DNA of 64,000 nt from Lama glama (taxonomy: Eukaryota): NCBI GenBank assembly GCA_028534125.1, contig CM052816.1, positions 92,072,001 to 92,136,000 of the forward strand. Direction: 5' to 3'. The position numbers and the translations under genes were made by a program. Under the pieces are notes generated by a model, which did not search any database, had not been told where the DNA came from, and saw only the letters and a program-made list of their open reading frames with translations. Positions 26,431 through 37,300 of the stretch are shown piece by piece (position 1 is the stretch's first letter; the number at the start of each line of letters is the position of its first letter).

Positions 26431-26734
26431 TTATTGCTCTCTAACCCAGCCAGTCCAGGGGAGCAGACACTAAGGCTTCTACCTGTGCCTGGAGGGACTG
26501 TTTGTGGTAGGAGAGGCTGAGTGAGCAGGGCTCAGGAACCCCAGTCACTTCTTTGTGTTTTATCTCAAGCTAGCCCTTTCTGACAAGTTTCCTCCCTCCC
26601 ACTTTAAAATTAAGGAAATTGAGACCTGGAAATACAAAACCATCTTCCCAAATTGAAGAGGTGGTAAGTAGTAGAAGTAGGATTCAAATTTAAATCCTCT
26701 GATTCTAAATTTCATTCTGTTCCCCTTACATAGT

Positions 26735-26935
26735 CATGTTCTGGTAAATGTTTAATAACCAGCTTGAGGGAAAGGAAAACTCCTCATGTGTAGCATTTGC
26801 TGATTTTGTTTTTTGGTGCGAATGTTTTCAGGGCTGATTTTAGGCCACCACATGATGTCACTGAACGCAGAGTTGGGAAGACATGTTCACAGTTGGCTGT
26901 GTGAGCTGGTGCATGCGGGCGCTAGCACACCACTG
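26735..26935 (-). mobile_element. hAT-Blackjack element (MER63-like)
   Basis: tgatgtcactgaacgcagagttgggaaga...gcacaccactg; ggtaaatgtttaataacc. Confidence 0.85.
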
Positions 26936-27039
26936 TCCCGGTGGGACTTAGTCCAGGTACCTTAATGCGCTTAAGTATTAATTCCTGTTTGTTCTTTGAA
27001 CACAGCTTTCTAGGTTTTCTTGCATGTAATAATCCACAA

Positions 27040-28157
27040 ACATTATTCATTTCATAGATATTGTTACTGAACCTGGATTTTGGTCTGCTCACCCAAGGTA
27101 TGGAAGAAAAGTACAGCCTTTATTGCAGGGAGCCAAGTAAGGAGAATGGAAAGCTAGAGCTCAAATGACCTGAACTCCTTGATGGCCTTCAGGGAAGGGG
27201 TTTTAAAGGCAACATTAGGGGTGTGAGTTGCAGGGTGCTTGATCAGCTCATGGACTTTCTTCTGATTTGTTGGTGTGGAGGTAACAGGGTGATGTTTCAG
27301 GAATCTTGCTCATCAACCTCTGGTCCCAAATGGTCTAGAGTCTACATGATTGTGATCAGCAGTGTCCATATTGGGGGAGGGGTCTAGTTTCTGTAAAGAC
27401 CACTTAGAAATGTGCGTCAGACATCGTTATCTATGTCCTTTAGGGAGTAACTAACGGTCCTGGGACTCTGCTATAGGGTTGATCTATTGTTTAAATTTTT
27501 ACCAGTTTCCCAACACAACAGCTATTCTTTATCACATGTTCACATTTTCCTAATTATTAACTCTTGAGCCAGCCTTTTGAGACTCAGGGGAGGCGTGAAG
27601 CAAAGCCTTTTACTTCAAGAGACAAAGGAATGCAGAAGACTCATATACCCAAGAGGGTCCAAAAGGGTTCTGCTCAGTTTTAGTATTTATTGATCATTCA
27701 CAATATGCTGGTCATTTTTCTTAGTACTGAAATAAAGTAGTAAGAGACCTTGTTCTCAGGTCACATACATAGAAGTGGGGATGCATAAAACTAAAATGAA
27801 AAGTAAATTACATAATATATTGGAAGGTAGTAACTGCTATGGAGAAACTCAAGCAGGAAAATAGCACAGAAAGAGCTGGATATTACGTGTCAGTTTTAAC
27901 ACTTACTGGGCAAGTGACATTTGAACAAAGACTTCATGGGGGTAAAGAATCTGGGCATGTGCCTACTGGTGAGGAGCCTTCCAGACAAAGATCATGAGGC
28001 ATTAGCCTCCTACCATGGTGTGTTCAATAACAGTGAGGAAGCAAGTACAGCCAGTGCAGAGATGGTAATACTAAGAATAAGTAAAAGATGTGGTCAGAGA
28101 GAAAATGGAGACAAATGTCACATAAGGCCTTGAGGCAACTGAAGGTCTTGGCTTTTC
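27040..28157 (-). mobile_element. L2 3' region interrupted by the ERV1 LTR
   Basis: attcatttcatagatat [LTR] ttattgatcattcacaatatgctgg...gtgacatttgaacaaagacttcatgg. Confidence 0.7.
27062..27682 (-). mobile_element. ERV1-class solo LTR inserted in an L2 tail
   Basis: tgttactgaacc...ctttattgcaggg (reverse AATAAA)...gggttctgctcagtttta; near-TSD atat/gtat. Confidence 0.85.
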
Positions 28158-28380
28158 CAGTTGACCTTTGAACCCTTCAGGAAAGGGGTTAGGGATTATG
28201 ACCCTCCATTGGAAAATCCACATATAATTTGTAGCTGGTCCTTCCTATACCTGGTTGCTCCATATCCATGGTTCTGCATGAACAGGTGCTACCAACCGTT
28301 GTTATTTACTATTGAAAAAAATCTGCATATAAGTGAACCCTCAAAGTTCAAAACCGTGTTGTTCAAGGAAGGGTCAACTA
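28158..28380 (+). mobile_element. Tc1/mariner-Tigger MITE (MER8/Tigger2 derivative)
   Basis: Terminal inverted repeats cagttgacctttgaac ... gttcaaggaagggtcaacta; gaaaatccacatataa. Confidence 0.88.
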
Positions 28381-31300
28381 TGTTTGGAATAACATTTCCA
28401 TGTAAACTCTTCTTTATCAAATTTTCCTTGTATACCACATGCCATTTTCATATACAGTTTATTTCTTCCTTTATTTAGGGAGAGTTTCCTGCATTGCACC
28501 TCTATGCATTTTTCTGTTCCATTTGTTCAATCCTTTGATTACAGAAAACCAATTACCCCTATACAGATGAAATGTCAAAACATTTTGTTGATTATCATTC
28601 TTTCCTTAGTACTGCTTATGGCTATCGGTCAGGCTGTTGCTCACACCCATCAGAACCATTTGTTGTGCTTTCCTGTGATGACACCTTTTGAAGGTTTTAC
28701 CATAAAATTGTGTATGTTCCCTATTTCAGTTACTACTAGTAGATTTTAGCTATTTTTAAAACTTTAACTAATTTATTTTCATAGATATTGGGAAAATGTT
28801 TGTGATCCTGAATTATTCTGCCACCTTTACCCAGATATTTCTTTCTAATTAATGCTTGCTAAAAATATTTAGCCCAGAAATAATAATAACACCCTACAAA
28901 ATAACTAGCATGCGTATCACCCAATAATCCAGTGATCGTTGTAGGTGATGCCTTCACAATTACTTTTATTACCATGACGGAATTTTAATGATACAAAATA
29001 AAGTAGTACCTCCAAATACCTTGAATCCAAAATGAAAAAAAAAAAGTCATCTTCTCCCAGAAATCTCTGTCTTCTCTGTTTGTTTCATAAGAAGCTGTTG
29101 TGCTCAGGACTATGGACATGCATAACCTGGGCTCCTATAATTTATGAAAGACTTAAATAACTATGTAGTAGACATTGTCCACCTTCCTATCTCATTTCTA
29201 AGAAGTGTAACATTACAACAGACATTTTCTGTCTTAGCTAGCTGATGGCCCCTACGATCCACGGTCTAGCATATTGGTTTGCCTGACTTCTCAAAGACTC
29301 CTCTTAACCGTTTATGAGAAGAGACAAGGAAAATGGGTATGTGTAAGTAGGCTGCATCAAGGTAAGGGAAGTGTTTATTGAATTCAACTTATTGAATAAT
29401 TTTTCTCAGTATCACTCTAAAACACGGAAGGCTTTTCCATGGGGCCTTGGACTGCAAGTCCATTTGTCAGCCTTGGATAGCAAGTGGTCTCTGGGTGTCA
29501 TACTCTGAGCATTTTAATTTTGAGTGTGAGTCAAATTTACGGTATTTGGTGAACGTCTATTTAGTGTTCTTGGCATTATTAGGCATCTTTCCGGGATAAG
29601 TTGCAAAATGGACACTTTTCTCATCGGAAACATACTGCAATAGCTTCAGTGCTAAGTGCTTAATATCAAGTCATAGCTCAGTGACAGGGTTGAAACCTCT
29701 CCTTAGCACAAACGATGCAGGGTTGGATGGAGATCAGAAATGCAAATCACACCAGGTTCCAGAAAGCTCTGCACTGGGCCATTCAAGGTGGGAGGATTTG
29801 TTTCTCTGGGAAGCAGGGGAAAGATCCTCTACGGATTAAGACCTTTAGTTTCTCTTAAAGGATGAATGGATGTTATAAGTCCCAAAGATTCAATAAAACC
29901 TTTATAGCTTTAGTGTAGCAGAACGTCCATCAGCCAATTCTGTGATTTTACTGTGTTTGTCTTTTACAGAAATCCATGTGAAACCTCAAATGTTCCTTTT
30001 ACGAGTTCTTTTGTTACATACACATGTTTTTGGTTAAATTAGTGGTGGTTCAATATGGAAAAGATATCTATAATTAGAGTCTGATTTTTGAAGTTAAAAA
30101 AAGAGAGGGTTGGTTTAGCACATTTTCTATCAACTTCTCCTCACAAACAACTTGCTCTACCTTCAAGGACAGTGGCCAAACACAACAGCTCCTGGGATCC
30201 TCCAGAAGGAAAATTGTCACTTACTGTCATACTGTTAGAAAAAGAGGACACATCTAAAAGCTTTAAAAATCTTTGTGTCTCTCCTCAAATTCAAGTGCAT
30301 ACTCATTACACAACAACGTATACCATTTTTATGGTGCACTCGCTTTCAAAAAGCCATAAACATAATTAAACCTGACCCACAAACCAGTAGTTCCACTTAT
30401 GAAGGATAAGTATTAGTATTAATATTGCCATTATTCTCATTTTTTAAAAAAGGAGCACTAGAAAAATTATGTGTGTTGTCAAACTGAGAGAAAGGAGGTG
30501 AAAACTTAACCTCTCGGTGTGGAAAACGAATTCGTACTCTTATTCTCCTATACGATCTCAGTGTCAAAAGATACAGCAGGGCAATGTCTTAGCAGGAAGA
30601 TGGCAGAAATGTCACAGCTCTCGCATTTCCTGGAATTCTACTGGACTACATTGCCGTGTAGTCCAAGCTAAGGATCAAGCTGGTTTTCAGGCTGTGCCGC
30701 ACCCTTAACAACTGAGAAGAAAGGTGGCAAGGAAGAAAGGCAGTAGAGTAAAAGTCCTTTTTCTAGTTTAAAAGAATCTTGCCACAGCTTCTCAGATTTC
30801 CAAGCTAACCATCCTGTCACTGCTTTCCCATTACCATAACTTGCCTAAGATCGATGAAGTAGTAAATGGATATCTTAGGTCTTAAACAAACATAAAGAGT
30901 ATTTTCCCTATTTCTTTATCCTTAGCATACCCTTTACATTTAATTCCTCAATTGCAAAATAATGTTTGAATAATAAAAAATTAAACATACTCATAGGAAT
31001 ATTTTATTCTATGATTATACTTCTAAAAGTTAAACACTGGCTATTGAAAACATTGACATTACTTTTTAAAAATATATGCAAAGTTGGGATCGGTTTGCCA
31101 TTTTTTTTATGAAATATTAAACCAAATTTTTAAAGCAAGTGAAGTATTACACTATTGAAATTATCCTGTAAGTTGAGATGAACTGTGAGGATAATAAAAA
31201 TTCATACCAGGAAGAAAGAAAAAGAAATCTTAGAAAAATTCTCAAAGCAAAACTTTCAGAAATCCCCAAGATGTCAGAGCTATTTTTCTGATGAAATATT

Positions 31301-31406
31301 GGACCTATTTAAGTAATATTTATTTCATATTTCTGGTTATTATTAGTAGCACAAGCCTATTTTGGCCAAGATGGCTGTTCTTGTAGATAATCTTTTTAGT
31401 TTAAAG

Positions 31407-31599
31407 CAGGATTTCTCAACCTCATCACTACTGGCATTTGAACTGGAAAATTCCTTGTTGTAGCGTGTTGGCAGCATCCCTGGCCTCCATCCACTAAACT
31501 TCATGGCATCCTCTCAACCCCCAGTGGGGACAATGAAAAAGTCTTTACATTTATCAAATGTCCCCTGGGACGAAAATCACCTCCGGGTGAGAACTGCTG
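31407..31599 (+). mobile_element. MER20 (hAT-Charlie MITE) with 8-bp TSD
   Basis: caggatttctcaacctc...cagcatccctggcctccatccacta...aaatgtcccctggg...gagaactgctg; TSD gtttaaag/gcttaaag. Confidence 0.92.
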
Positions 31600-31669
31600 G
31601 CTTAAAGGACAGAAAAATGCAGTAGTTCTAATATTCACTAATTCTAATAATTTAATATAGGGTTCATAT

Positions 31670-33200
31670 TCAATCACCAAATATTAAATAAGCTTCTTAT
31701 AAATTCTAGACAGTGTAAGGTTTGCAATGATGAATATGACATGGTCTCCAGGCCCAGGAACATATAATCCAGTAGGTAAAAAGAGTCAAGTATAGGAACA
31801 ACAGTAGCAAGAGTGAAATATGGTAAATAACATATTTTTCTGCCACTCTGCAAAAATGAAGTAGCTGCTGAAGCCTAGAAAGAGAAGAGTACATATGAGT
31901 AAAAATTGTTCAAGGATAGCAAACAATAGCATATTTACAAAATGCCAATGTTTATAAACTCCTTTCACATTATTTATTCCTCACATATTAGGTGGTTTAT
32001 TATTAAATCTGTTTTTAAAATAAGTTACATGTCTTATCCATGATCACACTTAGAGAAGTGGTAGAACCAGGAATCTATGTCAGATGGATTAACTGTAATT
32101 TCAGGCTTCCTTTGGTTACAGATGAGATATCCTCAGCATCTTCTATGGTGTTATAACAGAGATATGGATCAAAACCTGCGGAATGAAAGAAGATTGAGAA
32201 AAGCCATTGCAAGGTCCACATTTCAGCTTGTTGGACAGGTAGTCAGTCTTCAATTATACAATCAAAGCGAAGTTCCAAGTGAAGGAAAAGGCAAGAAGTC
32301 AAAAGGGATCCTGGCATGTTTGACTTGGTGCAGAGAAAGACCCTGTAGAAAACAAAGCTTGCCAAGCAACCTGGAGCCAGAGTTTGTAAGTTCTTATAAG
32401 ACAAGCTAAAATATTTGAATTTATTTTAGGTTTTAGAGTGACTGAAAGCCACTGTCAGATTTTTAGGTAGTAATAAGTTTTTAGGTAGTAATTTTTATGT
32501 AGTAATTTTTTCCATTAAAAAATTAAGCTATTACCTATTTGGAGAAATGTGGAGAAGAAAGAAGACAGGGAGAGGGGAAGTAGGCAAGAGACAATTTCAG
32601 TGGCCCAATGACAGGTGGTGAGTGGTTACGAGAATAAAGAGAACAGATGGAGCAGCTATTTAGGAAGTAGACCTGATAAGGATTTGAGCATGACTGGATA
32701 TGGAGGATGAGGGTGTGAAAGAAGACATCAAGGCAAGATGATTCCATTTTCACGGGCAGTTTATACAGGGAGTAACACAGTTTGGGGGAGGGGAGTGGAG
32801 GGGAGTAAACGACTAGTTATAACCTGTTAAGTTTAAGGTGCCCAAGAGAGAAGTAAGTTGAGATTGGCCTTGGGAAAATGGAAATGTGGGTCTTGAGCTC
32901 AGAGGAGGGATCAGGTATGGAAAGAGTGACTGGGAGCCAATAGCCTGTGGGAAGTAGTTGAGGCATAAGGGTGGATATGCATGGCAGAGAGAACTGAAAT
33001 CAGGTCTTGGAGAATCCTGTCACTGAAGGCTGAGATGAGACTAAATGAGCTGAGAAGACGACTGAGAGGGAGCAGGTGGAGAGCCAAAAGGTCCTGCTGT
33101 GAGAAAGTCAATGAGGGTGAAGAGTCATGGGAGAAGGCTGCCAGATAAAGATAGGGGACAAGAGTGTGGGAGAACAGAGAAATACCAAGTAAGGTGGGAT
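31670..33200 (-). mobile_element. Degenerate L2 fragments with an internal MIR (~31940-32110)
   Basis: gcagctatttaggaagtagacctgataaggatttg...tgactggatatggagg...gtttaaggtgcc...tcttgagctcagaggagggatcagg. Confidence 0.7.
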
Positions 33201-35617
33201 CTTAGAATAAGCCATCTGATTGTCATTTTCCATTGTCTCTCTTCAAAGTTTTGCCCAAAAGACCTAAGCTTCTTCAATAAAATTGTATTTTTTCTCTGCA
33301 ATGCCACTGCTGCTTCTCTAGGAAAGAGAGTCCTAGGCATGTAATTTTCCCCATCTTGCAGAAGCTGTTTGTTTCCTTCCTTTAAAAAAAAATTAAAAAG
33401 CCATTTTCTCTTTGCCTTGACATCAGTGGGTTAGCACTTGTTCAAAATTCAAAGCTATTTAGCCTTTAAGATCTTTTAAAGGGAAATAATATACAACTTA
33501 AAAAAACTTTTTTGAGTTTTTGTTGTCCCCCCCACCCCGGAAGTTAATGTATTATTAGAAGAGTGAAAGAAGAAGTCAGACTGTAATGAATTGAGAGTGA
33601 ATGGAAGATGAGGGAATAGACAGTTTTGAGGAATTTTGTAAGGGAAATGAAGCAGTAATAATATAAAGCCAGTAGCTATAAAGTGTGGCATTCTTGAGGT
33701 ACATGCTCATTAAGGCAAGGAGAAAAAAATGGCAGAAAGATATAAACGGCCATGCCAGAAAAGAGCAAAAGTAAAGTGCCTTCTTAGAAATGAAAGCATC
33801 TTTCGTAAGCCTCAAAGTTCAATGATCAGAATGACTCTCTTTAAGACCATGTTGACAACTCTGAGCCAGTCCCTATGTGACTACTAAATTTCCTGAGCTA
33901 CTTAGACAGTTTTCTTCCACCTTGTAATTTATCCCACAGCAAAAAGACTGACCACCTTCTATTTTCTTCACTTAGCATTAACAAAAGGAAATACTCTACT
34001 TAAGGGATTTTCTTTTGTGTAGATAACTAAATTTAAGCCTTCTGGATTGACATGTACTCTGTAGAACTATAATAAATAAAATCCCTAAGGCCACTCTGAG
34101 TACTCTAGAAAGAGTTGTTGCTTTTCCCAGGATGAGTCAATTAAGTGGCTTTTTCAAATGGGTTTCAACAATCTTCTCCAAAGAGCTAGAGATGAACTTT
34201 TTGCCCAGTCACAAACAGAAGTGTTGAGGAAATAAACAACTTTCTCTCATAAAATCAAAAAATGCTTCTTTGAGGAATAATAAAGAGAAGTTTGGGCCCA
34301 AGACTGGAGGAAACATACACATTTAACAAATCCACTGAGGATGGTAGAGCTTGGTTTTTTCTGCTTAATTATTTATAGACTCCTTAGCTTGCTTACTCTT
34401 TGGGTTTTGGTTTGAATTTTAGAGCTACCTACAAGTATTCCTAAAGCACACTACTGGTGTTTATGAGACAGCAAGAAAGAAGGTGGGAGAGAGAGAAAAA
34501 GGGAGAGATTTTTATCCTTCTATATTCCATCAACTTGGCCCCAAATCTTGTGATTTAAAACCTCATCTACCCATTGTTGCTATATTTTTCTACTCATATA
34601 ATGTAGAAAATTAAAGACTGAACCTGTGGGAAATGTGAAAATTAATCTTACTTGAAAAATAGTGAATTAACAAAACACTCTGCTGAACATTTCTAAAGTG
34701 TAAAAAACTGTCTGGAACAATGAAACAGAAGTAGAAAGAATTGAACTCTTGAGAGATGTGGGTAATATAATGAAAATAACTGAAAATAGATGGAGGATGG
34801 AAACTGAAGAATCATATAGCACTTAATCTTCTGTCAAAATATTCTGAATTCAATGTGTCTCAACAACAAGCCAACGGGTCAGCAGTTTATGGTCTGTTGC
34901 CTTTTAACATTTTAATATGTGGAATTCATTTAACAAGCATAAGATGACTATCCACCAAACATGCTCCAGTTGTTTTGAGGAATTCAGAATAAGAATATGA
35001 GATTTTTGCCTTCGAAGATCTTCCAAGCTACATTCACACACTTCAGGATTCATCAACCTTTTCATTTTCCAATTTGATTTACTGTGTTAATTCTTCTGGC
35101 CTTAAGTGTGTATTTCAAGCCCTTTTATTGTCATTTATAGATGCATTATAGTAAATCATTCATCAGCAAACTTTCTAGATAGTGGATTCCTCAACAGCAG
35201 GGATAGGATGGTTTCCTGTTCTTATCCAAGGGCATGGGATGAATACATGGAAAAGAATGAATGAATGAACAAATGAACAATTGAGCATAGTATACAATGT
35301 ATTGAAGAGAATTCAAAGACTATTCAAAAACTGATAGTAGAAATTTTAAGTCTAAAGCTAAAAAATTAAGCATTGTTTATTGCCAGAGAAAGAAGCTTAA
35401 ATTTACATAGTAAATAAAATCTTGCTACCAATAAACTTGCCTGAAACTAAACAATATTTGCTTAACAAATAGCTGTGCATGCATTCTTCTTTCTGTATTA
35501 TGCTATGTAACCATCTAGAGGGGGCCCAGATCCCCTTAGCAAATACTTTCTTATGTGGATGAATTTCCAGAGTTACAAAATTAACAGAACCTTGAATGTG
35601 TTCAAATATAGATAACT

Positions 35618-37300
35618 GCCACAGCAATCAGATAAGAAAAATAAATAAATTGGAAAGGAAGAAGAAAAGTGTCACTGTTTGCAGATGACATGATAACTAC
35701 ACATAGAAAACACTAACTACTACAGTTCATCAGTGAATTCCGGAAAGCTGCAAAATTAGTGTACAGAAATCTGTTGTATTTCTATACAAGAACAATGAAC
35801 TATCAGAAAGGTAAATTAAGGAGTCAATCCCATTTATGGCCACATCAAAAAGAATAAAGTACCTAGAAAAAAATCTAACTAAGGAGATAAAAGACCTGTA
35901 CTCAGAAAGCTATAAGACACTGATGAAAGAAATTGAAGATGACAGAAACAGAAAGATAAACCCTGTTCCTGGATTGGAAGAATTAATATTGTTAAAATGA
36001 CCATACTACCCAAGGCAATCTACAGAGTCAATACAATCTCTATCAAAATAACAGTGGCACTTTTCACAGGACTGGAACCAATACTTCTAAAATTTGTATG
36101 GAAATACAAAAAACCCTAAGTAGCCAAAGCAATCTTGAGAAAGAACAAAACTGGAGGTATCACACTCCCTGACTTAAGACTATACTACAGAGCCACAATT
36201 ATCAAAATAGTATGGTACTGACACAAAAACAGGCACATAGATCAATGGAACAGAATAGAGAGCCCAGAAATAAACCCACACACTTGTGGTCAATTAATCT
36301 ACGATAAAGGAGCAAGAATATACAATGGAGAAAAGACAATCTCTTCAATAAGTGGTGCTGGGAAAACTGGACAGCTACATGTAAAAAAGTGCACATGGCC
36401 AACAGGTACATGAAAAGATGCTCAACATCACTAATCATCAGGGAAATGCACATCAAAATCACAATGGGATAGTACCTCACACCTGTCAGAATGAATATTG
36501 TCAAAAAGAAGAAATAAAAAGTATTGGCAAGGATGTGGAGAAAAGGGAACCCTCATACATCATTGACTGGAATGTAAATTGGTACAGCTGCTGTGGAAGA
36601 CAGTATGGAGGTTTCTTAAAAAAGGAAAAATAGAACTACCACATGAGCTAGCAATTCCACTCCTGGGTATATATCTGAAAAAACGAAAACACTAATTTGA
36701 AAAGATATGTACATCCCAATGTTCATAGCATCATTATTTACAATTGTCAAAGTATGGAACCAACCTAGTGGCCATTAACAGATTAATGGATAAAGAAGAT
36801 GTGATTATACACACACACACACACATAAATATATACAATGGAATACTACTCAGCCATAAAAATGAAATTCTGCCATTTGCAACAACATGGATAGACCTGG
36901 AGGGTATTAAGCTTAGTGAAATGAGTCAGACAGAGAAAGACAAATACTCTATGTTATCACTTATATGTGAAATCTAAGGAAATAAAATAAGTGAATGAAT
37001 ATTACAAAGCAGAATCAGACTCACAGATATAAAGAACAAACTAGTGGTTACCAGTGGAAGAGGGAAGAGGGAAGGGGCACGATAGGGGTAGGAAATTAAG
37101 AAGCACAAACTACTATGTATAAAATAAATAAGATACAATGATATATTGCACAGCATAGGGAATATAGCCAATATTTTACAATAACTTTAAATGGAGTATA
37201 ATCCATGAAAACTTTGAATCACTATGTTGTACACCTGAAATTAACATAATACTGTAAATCAGCTATACCTCAACTAAAAAAAAAAAAGAAAGAAAAAAAA
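35618..37300 (+). mobile_element. 5'-truncated L1 (ORF2 RT/C-terminal remnant and 3'UTR) with an internal deletion
   Basis: RT motif LFADDM (ctgtttgcagatgacatg, 35675-35692), frameshifted; poly-A tail; TSD agataact/agatagct. Confidence 0.95.

Noticed and set aside
34850..35060. Possible CR1/L3 ORF2 fragment
   Set aside because: Similarity too short and diverged to call by eye.
36202..37171. Several 65-100 aa ORFs
   Set aside because: Sense and antisense frames of decayed L1 ORF2 and 3'UTR, not genes.
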